Shown in pieces: positions 1 to 7,210 of a stretch of 27,319 nt of DNA. Below the pieces are notes generated by a model. It did no database searches. It saw nothing but the letters and a program-made list of their open reading frames with translations, and had not been told where the DNA came from. The stretch is taken from the NCBI GenBank assembly GCA_021163465.1, contig JAGGWU010000187.1, positions 1 through 27,319 on the forward strand, written 5' to 3'. Each line of letters opens with the position of its first letter. The first letter of the stretch is position 1. A program made the position numbers and the translations under genes. The stretch is from Candidatus Bipolaricaulota bacterium. GTDB lineage: Bacteria; Bipolaricaulota; Bipolaricaulia; Bipolaricaulales; Bipolaricaulaceae.

Positions 1-291
1 CAGACGCACCGCCCCCACTGGGAGGTCCACGTCGTCGTGGACCAGAAGGAGGTCTTCAGGGCTCAAGGGGCTCCACGCCAAAAGCTCCCGGACCGCCTCC
101 CCGGAGCGGTTCATGTAGGTTAGGGGCTTGAGCAATAAGCGGTCACCGAAGCGGAAGACCTCCCCCCATGGAAAAAGGTAACGTTCCCAATCTCCCTCCA
201 TCCGGAGGCGGTCCACGACCCAGAAGCCGAGGTTGTGGCGGGTGAGGGCATATTCGGGGCCGGGGTTCCCCAGCCCCACCACCGCCCTCAA
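1..291 (-). CDS. pth: Peptidyl-tRNA hydrolase (partial; C-terminal part runs off the left edge)
   Basis: Not in the ORF track; translated manually from TTG at 291, which overlaps the rplY stop (TTGA): MRAVVGLGNPGPEYALTRHNLGFWVVDRL...KPLTYMNRSGEAV...LLLVHDDVDLPVGAVRL. Contains the Pth GLGNPG, TRHNxG, MNxSG and HDD motifs, in the usual position after rplY. Confidence 0.96.
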   Translation of the reverse strand, partial: MRAVVGLGNPGPEYALTRHNLGFWVVDRLRMEGDWERYLFPWGEVFRFGDRLLLKPLTYMNRSGEAVRELLAWSPLSPEDLLLVHDDVDLPVGAVRL

Positions 292-917
292 GACTCCCCT
301 TCCTCCTCGGGGGGTGCCTCGGCCGGGGCCTCGGGGGCCTCAGCGGCCTCTTCCTCCTCGGCCTCCTCCGTCACCAGGACCTTGGGCGGGAGGATGTTCA
401 CCACCGCCTCGTCCTCGGGAAGGAGGGGGCGCAGTCCCTCGGGGAGGGGAAGATCCTTCACGAGGAGGGCCTCGTCCAGGCCGAGCCCCGAGATGTCCAC
501 CTCGATGTAAGGGGGTATCGCCTCCAGGGGTCCTTCCACGGGGATCTCCTCGTGGATATGCTCCAGGATCCCCCCGGCCTTGACCCCGGCAGGGGTTCCC
601 ACCAATCGGATCGGGACTTCCAGGGACATGATCTGCCCCGGCTCGGGGGCATAGAAGTCGACGTGGATGAACCTATCGGTGATGGGGTCCCGCTGGAGCT
701 CCTTGATGAAGACGAAGTGCCGCTCGCCGTCGTACTCCAGCTCGATCCTGGTAGAGCGGGTGATCTCGGAGATGAGCCGCTCCAGGGCCTTGTACTCCAC
801 CGCGATGGGGGTACTCACAAGATGGGGCCCATACACCACGCCGGGGACCCAGCCCTGGCGCCTCAGGGCCCTGGGCTTTTCGCTGTCGGAACGTTTTCGC
901 GCCGCGATCTTTGCCAT
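288..917 (-). CDS. rplY: 50S ribosomal protein L25/general stress protein Ctc (long TL5 form)
   Basis: LRRQGWVPGVVYG, ELQRDPITDRFIHVDFY, VPIRLVGTPAGVKAGG, acidic tail; GGAGGT Shine-Dalgarno upstream of the ATG. Confidence 0.96.
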   Translation of the reverse strand: MAKIAARKRSDSEKPRALRRQGWVPGVVYGPHLVSTPIAVEYKALERLISEITRSTRIELEYDGERHFVFIKELQRDPITDRFIHVDFYAPEPGQIMSLEVPIRLVGTPAGVKAGGILEHIHEEIPVEGPLEAIPPYIEVDISGLGLDEALLVKDLPLPEGLRPLLPEDEAVVNILPPKVLVTEEAEEEEAAEAPEAPAEAPPEEEGES

Positions 918-933
918 GCCGGTTACCTCCTCG

Positions 934-2028
934 CTAACGGCCCCGCACCAAAAGCTCGCTTATCGAAAGGCCGAGGTAGATCCTTATGATCGCTTCCGCC
1001 AGATCGTCCGCCACCGAGACCACCTCTACCAGCGGATGGCCTTCCGCGGCGGTTTGGGGAATGGTATCCGTGACGATAATCCGGCTCAAGGGGGAAGCCT
1101 CGATGCGTTCGAGGGCGTCCCCGGCGAAGATCCCGTGAGTGCAGGCAGCGTACACCTCCTTGGCCCCCTGCTCTATGAGCCTATCCACCGCCCGCAGGAG
1201 CGTCCCCCCGGTGGAGAGGATGTCGTCCACGAGCAGCACCCTTTTGCCCTTCACGTCCCCGATCACGAGCAGGACCTCCAACTTCCCTCCGTCGAAGCGC
1301 CGTTTGGCCAACGTGGCGAAGCCCGGGGACTGTAACCGCTCCGCCACCCGCCGCGCCCGGAAAAGCCCCCCGAGGTCCGGGGAGACGACCACGAGGTCCT
1401 CCAGCCAGTCGGGGTGGTGTGCCCGGATATGGCGGGCGAAGAGGTGGTCGGTGCGCAAATGATCCAGGGGGATGTCGAAGAAGCCCTGGATCTGGCTCGC
1501 GTGGAGCTCCACGGCGAGGACCCTGGTGGCCCCGGCCCGCTCGATCAGGTTCGCCACAAGACGTGCCGAGATCGGGACGCGGCCCTCGGTCTTGCGGTCC
1601 TGACGGGCGTAGCCGAAATAGGGGACCACGGCACAGATCTTTTCCGCCGAGGCCCGCTTCAGGGCGTCTATCAGGAGCAATAGCTCCATCAGGTGGTCGT
1701 TCACGGTCTTCGGGCCCGGCTCCCCGGGGGGCGTGCCCTGACGCGGGGGACAGGTGGGTTGGATCACGAAGACACACTGGCCGCGTACCGTCCTCTCCAC
1801 GTGGGCGTAGACCTCGTTGTCGGGGAAATATTTGACCTTTGCCTCACACCAGACGTCCTCGAACTTCAACGGGTCCCTTACCCCCTCGAGGGGCGCGCCA
1901 CGCCGCTCCCGGAGGACCTCGTCGATGAACTCCACGTATCTTGTGTTGAACTTCTCCACCACGAGCTCCGCCACCTTCCGGGCGAGGTCCGGGTTCGCGT
2001 TCCCCGCGACGATCCTCAGGCCGTTCAC
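934..2028 (-). CDS. prs: Ribose-phosphate pyrophosphokinase (PRPP synthetase) with two N-terminal-domain insertions
   Basis: VNDHLMELLLLIDALKRASA, PYFGYARQDRK, LHASQIQGFFDIP, SPDLGG, KRR, VDDILSTGGT, THG; glmU-prs-rplY-pth order. Confidence 0.96.
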   Translation of the reverse strand: MNGLRIVAGNANPDLARKVAELVVEKFNTRYVEFIDEVLRERRGAPLEGVRDPLKFEDVWCEAKVKYFPDNEVYAHVERTVRGQCVFVIQPTCPPRQGTPPGEPGPKTVNDHLMELLLLIDALKRASAEKICAVVPYFGYARQDRKTEGRVPISARLVANLIERAGATRVLAVELHASQIQGFFDIPLDHLRTDHLFARHIRAHHPDWLEDLVVVSPDLGGLFRARRVAERLQSPGFATLAKRRFDGGKLEVLLVIGDVKGKRVLLVDDILSTGGTLLRAVDRLIEQGAKEVYAACTHGIFAGDALERIEASPLSRIIVTDTIPQTAAEGHPLVEVVSVADDLAEAIIRIYLGLSISELLVRGR

Positions 2029-3375
2029 CTAAGCTCCCCCCTTGTTTTTGGCCCAATCGGGCTTTATCACCTGGCGGGCGCGGCCGAGGGCCAACGCGTA
2101 CGGGGGCACATCCTCGGTGATCACCGATCCCGCCCCCACGATCGCCCCCTCGCCCACGGTGACCGGGGCCACGAGGGAGGTATTGGAACCGATGAAGGCG
2201 CCCTTCCCGATCACGGTCCTGTGCTTGCGTACCCCGTCGTAATTGCAGGTGATGGTCCCGGCACCGATGTTCGTCCCCTCGCCCACCTCGGCGTCGCCGA
2301 TGTAGGCCAGGTGACCCGCCCGCACCCCCTCTCCGATATCGGCGTTCTTGACCTCCACGAAGTTCCCGATCCGGGCCCCTCGGCCGATCCGCGCCCCGGG
2401 GCGCAGGTGCGCGTAGGGGCCAATTCGTGCCCTTTCCTCCACGTACGCCCCTTCCAACACCGAGAACCAGATTTTGGCCTCCCGCCCGACGGTGGTGTCC
2501 ACAAGATACGCCTGGGGGCCGATCTCACATGCCGCGGCGATCTCCGTCCTCCCGTAGAGGTAGACCCCCGGGTGGAGCACCGTGTCCCCGCCCACGGCCA
2601 CGTCGGGCCCGATGTAAACCGTGCGGGGATCGACCACCGTGACCCCGGCCTCCTGGAGCCGGCGGATGATCCGACCCCGCACCAGCTCCCCGGCCCGGGC
2701 GAGGTCGCCCCGCGTACGCACCGCCAGAAGATCCCCCGGCTCGGGCCACGGGACCGCGTGGACTTTGGGGTAGAGGGTGGGGACGAGCTCGGCGAGGAGG
2801 GCTCCTGAGCTGCACCCGGGGGGAAGCCCCTTCAGGGCTTCCCATGTCTCGGGGACGTTCTCCAAGAGGAACACAGCGGCGGCGGCCTCGCGGGCTCCCG
2901 TCCCGGTGTCCTCGGTCACGATGGTCTTGGGGGTTCCGGACTCGTCCCGTATTACCCTGGGATAGCTCCCGGCATCCCCCGGATCGAAGGTGAGGAATGA
3001 GAGGAGGGCCTCTTGGGCTATGTGCTCACGCAGGAGCCGCTCCAGGGCCTTGGGAGAAAGCAAGGGGTGGTCTCCCGGGAGGACGAGGAGCCTCGGGGCC
3101 GTCACCGCACCCTGGATGGAGCCGAGGCAATGCCCCCTTCCCCCAGCCTCGATAGCCGGGATCCCGATACCCCGGCGGGCGAGTGCCTCGCGGACCTCGG
3201 CGGCCCCTTTGTCCACGATCAGGACCATCCGCGCCGGGGAAAGCTCGGAGGCCACGCGGATGACGTATTCAAGGAGGGTTAGCCCCAAAAGCTCGTGGAG
3301 GATCTTTGGGCGTTGGGATACAAACTCCTTCTCTCCGCCCGCGGCAAGGATTACCACATCCAGCGAGTTCTCCAT
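2029..3375 (-). CDS. glmU: GlmU-like protein: intact glucosamine-1-phosphate N-acetyltransferase (left-handed beta-helix) domain, degenerate N-terminal uridyltransferase domain
   Basis: Start placed at ATG 3375 (MENSLDVVILAAG); the ORF-track extension to 3648 overlaps yidD antisense. The C-half has IGPYAHLRPG, GNFVEVKN, GHLAYIGDA, NIGAGTITCNYDG, GSNTSLVAPV, LGRARQ. The stop is directly adjacent to the prs GTG. Confidence 0.92.
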   Translation of the reverse strand: MENSLDVVILAAGGEKEFVSQRPKILHELLGLTLLEYVIRVASELSPARMVLIVDKGAAEVREALARRGIGIPAIEAGGRGHCLGSIQGAVTAPRLLVLPGDHPLLSPKALERLLREHIAQEALLSFLTFDPGDAGSYPRVIRDESGTPKTIVTEDTGTGAREAAAAVFLLENVPETWEALKGLPPGCSSGALLAELVPTLYPKVHAVPWPEPGDLLAVRTRGDLARAGELVRGRIIRRLQEAGVTVVDPRTVYIGPDVAVGGDTVLHPGVYLYGRTEIAAACEIGPQAYLVDTTVGREAKIWFSVLEGAYVEERARIGPYAHLRPGARIGRGARIGNFVEVKNADIGEGVRAGHLAYIGDAEVGEGTNIGAGTITCNYDGVRKHRTVIGKGAFIGSNTSLVAPVTVGEGAIVGAGSVITEDVPPYALALGRARQVIKPDWAKNKGGA

Positions 3376-3465
3376 TCCCACAATGAATATATCCTGGGGG
3401 AACCCGGCCCACAACGCCAGGGGCCCCCTTTGCTCCCCCGTGGTGAGGGAGTAAAAATGTGAAGT

Positions 3466-3702
3466 ATGAGGAAGGCTTTGGTGTTGCTGATCCGTTTTTA
3501 CCAGCTCTTCATCTCCCCGGCCCTGCCCAAGCGGTGCCGGTTTTATCCCACCTGTTCTGAATACGCGCGGGAAGCGATCCTTATGCACGGGGTGATCCGG
3601 GGCGGGTGGCTTTCCCTGAAGCGGATCGTGAAGTGCGGCCCATGGCATCCCGGGGGCTACGATCCCGTGCCCGAGCCCAGGCAGGGGAAGAGGGGGCTAT
3701 AA
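3466..3702 (+). CDS. yidD: Membrane protein insertion efficiency factor YidD
   Basis: [48 protein letters not shown] are diagnostic YidD motifs. Confidence 0.96.
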   Translation: MRKALVLLIRFYQLFISPALPKRCRFYPTCSEYAREAILMHGVIRGGWLSLKRIVKCGPWHPGGYDPVPEPRQGKRGL

Positions 3703-4094
3703 TGGAAGAAGGGATCATGGGGACGTTTCGGTATCCGATCGTGGTTTACGGCCCCGAGGGGAAAAACAAACGGGAGATCCAAGCGTTGGTGGACACCGGT
3801 GCCACCTACACCTGGATCCCCCGTCCGATCCTCGAGGACCTGGGCTACCGGCCTTCCTTCAAGCAGCGACTGCGCCTCGCCGATGGAAACATTATCGTTC
3901 GCGACGGCTGCGAAGCGGTGGTGGAGATCGATGGCGCGCGGCGCACTACGGTGGTGATCTTCGGCGATCCGGATTCGGAGACCCTCCTGGGCGCGGTGAC
4001 CCTGGAGCAGTTCTCCCTGGCGCCCGACCCGGTGACGAAGCGCCTGATCCCGGTGGAGGCGCTCCTCATGGGGTTCCTCGACCGCCCTTCTTGA
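3702..4094 (+). CDS. Clan AA (retropepsin-like) aspartyl protease, AF_0612-like
   Basis: ALVDTGATYT catalytic DTG motif, RLADG flap, LLGAVTLEQF motif. Start is either ATG 3702 (TAATG overlap with the yidD stop) or ATG 3717. Confidence 0.85.
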   Translation: MEEGIMGTFRYPIVVYGPEGKNKREIQALVDTGATYTWIPRPILEDLGYRPSFKQRLRLADGNIIVRDGCEAVVEIDGARRTTVVIFGDPDSETLLGAVTLEQFSLAPDPVTKRLIPVEALLMGFLDRPS

Positions 4095-5265
4095 GCACCA
4101 CCTCCTCGAACTCCCGCCGCACCTCTTCATAAAAGCCCGGGACGAGCCAGAGTTCCAACGCCACGGCCGCCAGCGCCTTGGCGGCGGCGATCATCCCCTT
4201 GCGCGCTTCCTCCGAGCGGGCGGCTTGGGCGAACTCGCGGGAGTGGCCCGGGGTGCCGGTGGGGGCGATCTTGATATAGGGGTGGATGGCGGGCACCACC
4301 TGCGATACATCCCCCATGTCGGTGGAACCCATACCGCCTTTAGGGGGGTCGATCTCGAAGCCCAGTTCCTCGATGTTCTTGCGGAAGGACTGGGCCAGGT
4401 GGTGGTTGGGGCGCATAGATTTGTACTCGTGGCCCACCCGGGTGAAGGTGAGTTTGGCCCCCGTGGCCAACGCGGCCCCTTCGGCGCACTTGCGGAGCTT
4501 TTCCACCAGTTCCTCTTTATAGTCGTCGTCGATATCCCGCACGTAAAAGAGGGCGGCGGCGTACTCGGGGACGATGTTGGGCTTGGTCCCCCCGTGGGTG
4601 ATGATCCCGTGGATCCGGGCCCCGTCCCTGATGTGCTGGCGCAGGGCGTTCAGGCCCACGAAGGTTTGGATCACGGCGTCCAGGGCGTTGATTCCCTCCT
4701 CGGGGCTGCCGGAGGCGTGGGCGGCCTTCCCATGGAATTCGATCTTCACCTCGGTGATGGAAAGCGACCCCCGCTCCACCAGGGTTCGGTCGGCCGGGTG
4801 CACCATCATAGCTACGTCCACATCGGAAAAGACCCCGGCATCGATGAGCTTGATCTTTCCCCCACCGCCTTCCTCGGCGGGGGTTCCGATCACCATGAGC
4901 TTTCCCGGGAGGGTTTCCTTGAACGGAGCAAGTCCCAATCCTGCCCCCAGGGCGATGGCCGCGATGATGTTGTGGCCACAGGCGTGGCCCAGCTCGGGGA
5001 GCGCATCGTACTCGGCGAGGAAGGCCACCGCGGGGCCCTCGGCTTGCGTGGGGTGTACCGCCACGAAGGCGGTCTCCATGCCCCCTACCCCCCGCTCGAC
5101 CCGGAAGCCCCCTTTCTTCAGGGCCTCGGTCAGCCAGGCGGCGGCCTTGTGCTCCTCGAACCCCAGCTCCGGGTTCTCATGGATCTTCAGGGCGATGTCC
5201 CAAAGCTCATCCGCGATCTCATCGATCCTTTTCCAGACCTCCGTCTTCACCTGGGATAGATCCAT
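4066..5265 (-). CDS. M20 family metallopeptidase/amidohydrolase (ACY1L2/PM20D2/AbgB-like)
   Basis: IHENPELGFEE, AEYDALP, HACGHNII, GTPAEEGGGGK, MVHP, GKAAHA, GSTDMGDVS, GHS. Start placed at ATG 5265 after GGAGGT. Confidence 0.92.
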   Translation of the reverse strand: MDLSQVKTEVWKRIDEIADELWDIALKIHENPELGFEEHKAAAWLTEALKKGGFRVERGVGGMETAFVAVHPTQAEGPAVAFLAEYDALPELGHACGHNIIAAIALGAGLGLAPFKETLPGKLMVIGTPAEEGGGGKIKLIDAGVFSDVDVAMMVHPADRTLVERGSLSITEVKIEFHGKAAHASGSPEEGINALDAVIQTFVGLNALRQHIRDGARIHGIITHGGTKPNIVPEYAAALFYVRDIDDDYKEELVEKLRKCAEGAALATGAKLTFTRVGHEYKSMRPNHHLAQSFRKNIEELGFEIDPPKGGMGSTDMGDVSQVVPAIHPYIKIAPTGTPGHSREFAQAARSEEARKGMIAAAKALAAVALELWLVPGFYEEVRREFEEVVLKKGGRGTP

Positions 5266-5279
5266 GGTCACCTCCTGAG

Positions 5280-5861
5280 TTACCGGGAGAGCCCGACGTA
5301 CCTTTCCCGCAGGGCCTCCTTTTCCTCCGGGGACAGGTCCCCCGCGGCCCCGAGGGATTCCCGCCGCCTCCTAGCGCTTATGTAAAGGGATATGGCGGCC
5401 GCTACCGAGACGTTGAACGACTCTACGAATCCCCACATGGGGATCTTGAAGGTCCCGTCGCAGAAACCCAGGGCTTTTTCCGAGACCCCCTCCTTCTCGT
5501 TCCCGAAGACCAGGGCGAGGGGTTCGTCCACGGGGAGCTCCTCCACGGTGGCCGCCCCTCTTCCGGGCATGGCGGCGTAAACCCGATATCCTTTTTCCCT
5601 AAGTTCGGCGAAGGCCTTCTCGGCGCGGCGGAAGCGCTTGAGGAGAAGCCATTTCTCCGCCCCTTGGGTAATGGCCCGGGAAGGCTCGAAGGGGACCAGT
5701 TCCTCGATGATGTAGACGTTGAGAACCCCCAGAGCCTCACAGGTCCTCAGGATAGCCGCGGCGTTATGTGGATTGGAGAAGTTCTCACATACGGCGACAA
5801 GCCCTTTGAGCCTCGCGGAGATCACCCGATCGATCTTCCCGCGGCGCTCCTGGGTCACCAT
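5280..5861 (-). CDS. trmH: TrmH/SpoU family RNA 2'-O-methyltransferase, probably tRNA Gm18 methyltransferase
   Basis: ENFSNPHNAAAILRTCEALG (SpoU motif 1 with catalytic Arg), FGNEKEGVS, IPMWGFVESFNVSVAAAI; TrmH-like C-terminal helix LSPEEKEAL. Confidence 0.88.
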   Translation of the reverse strand: MVTQERRGKIDRVISARLKGLVAVCENFSNPHNAAAILRTCEALGVLNVYIIEELVPFEPSRAITQGAEKWLLLKRFRRAEKAFAELREKGYRVYAAMPGRGAATVEELPVDEPLALVFGNEKEGVSEKALGFCDGTFKIPMWGFVESFNVSVAAAISLYISARRRRESLGAAGDLSPEEKEALRERYVGLSR

Positions 5862-5867
5862 CGGATG

Positions 5868-6878
5868 CTAAGACCAGACCCCGGCGATCTCGGCCCCGCA
5901 CTTTGGGCAGCGGCCGTCGGCGAGCTCGTCGTGCTCCACCAGGAAACCGTAGCGGCGGATCAGGGTGTGTCCGCAGGAAGGGCACACGGTGTCCTCCCCC
6001 TGGCCGGGGACGTTACCCAGGTACACGTAGTTCAACCCCACCTCCCGCCCGATCTCCCATGCCCGGATAAGGGAGGAGATGGGTGTGGGGGGATGGGAGT
6101 GCATTCGATATGCGGGGAAGAAGCGGGAGATATGCCAGGGGATATCCGGGGAAACTCCCCGTATGAACTCCGCGATCCAGCGGAGCTCCTCCTCGGAATC
6201 GTTGAGGCCGGGGATGATGAGGGTGGTGACCTCCACCCAGATCCCCCGCTGATGCATCCCCTCGATGGTGTCAAGTACCGGCTGGAGGGTGGCACCCATA
6301 TGGCGCCTATAGGTCTCCTCCCGGAAGGACTTGAGATCCACGTTGGCCCCATCGAGGTAGGGGGAGATCTCGTCCAGGGCCTCCCGGGTCATGTAGCCGT
6401 TGGTGACGAAAACGTTCTTTATCCCCAGGGGATTGGCGCGGCGGGCCACCTCATACGCGAACTCGAAGAACACGGTGGGCTCGGTGTAGGTGTAGGCGAT
6501 CACCCGGGAGCCCGAGCTCACCGCCTGGCGCACCACCTCCTCGGGTTCCACCCGCTCCCCGAAGACACGTCCCCCGTGGTCCCGGGGGTATTGGGAGATG
6601 TGGTAGTTCTGGCAGAACTCACACTTGAAATTGCAACCCACCGTGGCCAAAGAAAGCGCATCGGCCCCGGGGAGGAAATGGAAAAGGGGTTTTTTCTCGA
6701 TGGGATCCAGGGCCACCGAGACCACCCGACCGTAGACCAGGGAATAGAGGGTCCCGTCGCGGTTTTCACGGACCATGCAGATCCCGCGTTTGCCATCTTG
6801 AATGACGCAGCGATGGGCACAGAGGGTACAGCGCACCCGTTTGTCCCCGAACGGCTCCCACAACATCGCCTCACGCAT
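5868..6878 (-). CDS. AmmeMemoRadiSam-system-type radical SAM enzyme (PflA-like)
   Basis: CTLCAHRC...GICMVREN N-terminus, DPIEKKPLFHF, GCNFKCEFCQNYHISQ (CxxxCxxC), AYTYTEP, VTNGY, NVDLK, EVTTLIIPGLND, YVYLGNV, C-terminal CPSCG/CPKCG. Start placed at ATG 6878 (MREAMLW). Confidence 0.92.
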   Translation of the reverse strand: MREAMLWEPFGDKRVRCTLCAHRCVIQDGKRGICMVRENRDGTLYSLVYGRVVSVALDPIEKKPLFHFLPGADALSLATVGCNFKCEFCQNYHISQYPRDHGGRVFGERVEPEEVVRQAVSSGSRVIAYTYTEPTVFFEFAYEVARRANPLGIKNVFVTNGYMTREALDEISPYLDGANVDLKSFREETYRRHMGATLQPVLDTIEGMHQRGIWVEVTTLIIPGLNDSEEELRWIAEFIRGVSPDIPWHISRFFPAYRMHSHPPTPISSLIRAWEIGREVGLNYVYLGNVPGQGEDTVCPSCGHTLIRRYGFLVEHDELADGRCPKCGAEIAGVWS

Positions 6879-6906
6879 CGTAGCCCATCTTAACCTCGAG
6901 GGATTC

Positions 6907-6926
6907 ACCGCGACAAGGATCGCGGT
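6907..6926. other. Perfect 7-bp inverted repeat (hairpin or operator-like site)
   Basis: ACCGCGA-caagga-TCGCGGT, about 15 nt upstream of the putative -10 of the radical SAM gene. Function unknown. Confidence 0.4.
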
Positions 6927-6943
6927 CGAGTTCGTGCTTTAGA

Positions 6944-7140
6944 GGCTGTTGCTCAAACCCTTTTCGGTTAAGAGAGGAAGGTGAGGATACTGTGAGAATC
7001 TCACCCTGGTGGATGGGACCAGCCTGGGGAACCTTTTGTTGGCGCTACATTTCGGGGATTTTCGGAACTGGATCCCCATGGCAAGGGCATTTCCGCCGCC
7101 TCACCCTCGCTCAACTGTAGAAGATCGGTTTAACAGGGCC
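6944..7140. ncRNA. Putative ~200-nt structured element (ncRNA candidate or degenerate MITE)
   Basis: Nested complementary segments found by eye: CTGTT 6946-50/AACAG 7132-36; AAACC 6955-59/GGTTT 7127-31; GGTGAGG 6980-86/CCTCACC 7099-7105; GCCTGGGGA 7022-30/TCCCCA(T)GGC 7073-82; CTGGT 7006-10/ACCAG 7018-22. No family assigned. Confidence 0.3.
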
Positions 7141-7210
7141 GCTTTGGCACAGCTGGCGAGGCATTGTCCCACCGGTTAAGGTCAAAGCTCTCGAAAAAGG
7201 GGGTGGCCAC

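Noticed and set aside
1849-1959. Prs insertion as an intein or intron remnant
   Set aside because: It is too short and has no C/S start, no HN/HQ end and no splice features.
3376-3648. 90-aa N-terminal extension of GlmU in the ORF track
   Set aside because: It runs antisense through yidD and the divergent promoter region; homology begins at MENSLDVVILAAG (3375).
6907-6926. Hairpin as an intrinsic terminator
   Set aside because: No U-tract on either side, and it lies between divergent gene starts where no transcript should end.
6992-7031. Resemblance to a TPP riboswitch (TGAGA...ACCC...TGGATGGGACCAGCCTGGGGAA)
   Set aside because: The conserved ACCUGA segment and the GCG after P5 are missing, and neither flanking gene is thiamine-related. 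A cmscan against RF00059 would settle it.
6939-7140. Insertion-sequence end (TAGAGGCTGTTG...) as evidence of a mobile element
   Set aside because: No transposase, only a weak partner inverted repeat and no target-site duplication. It is kept only as one alternative explanation of the structured element.
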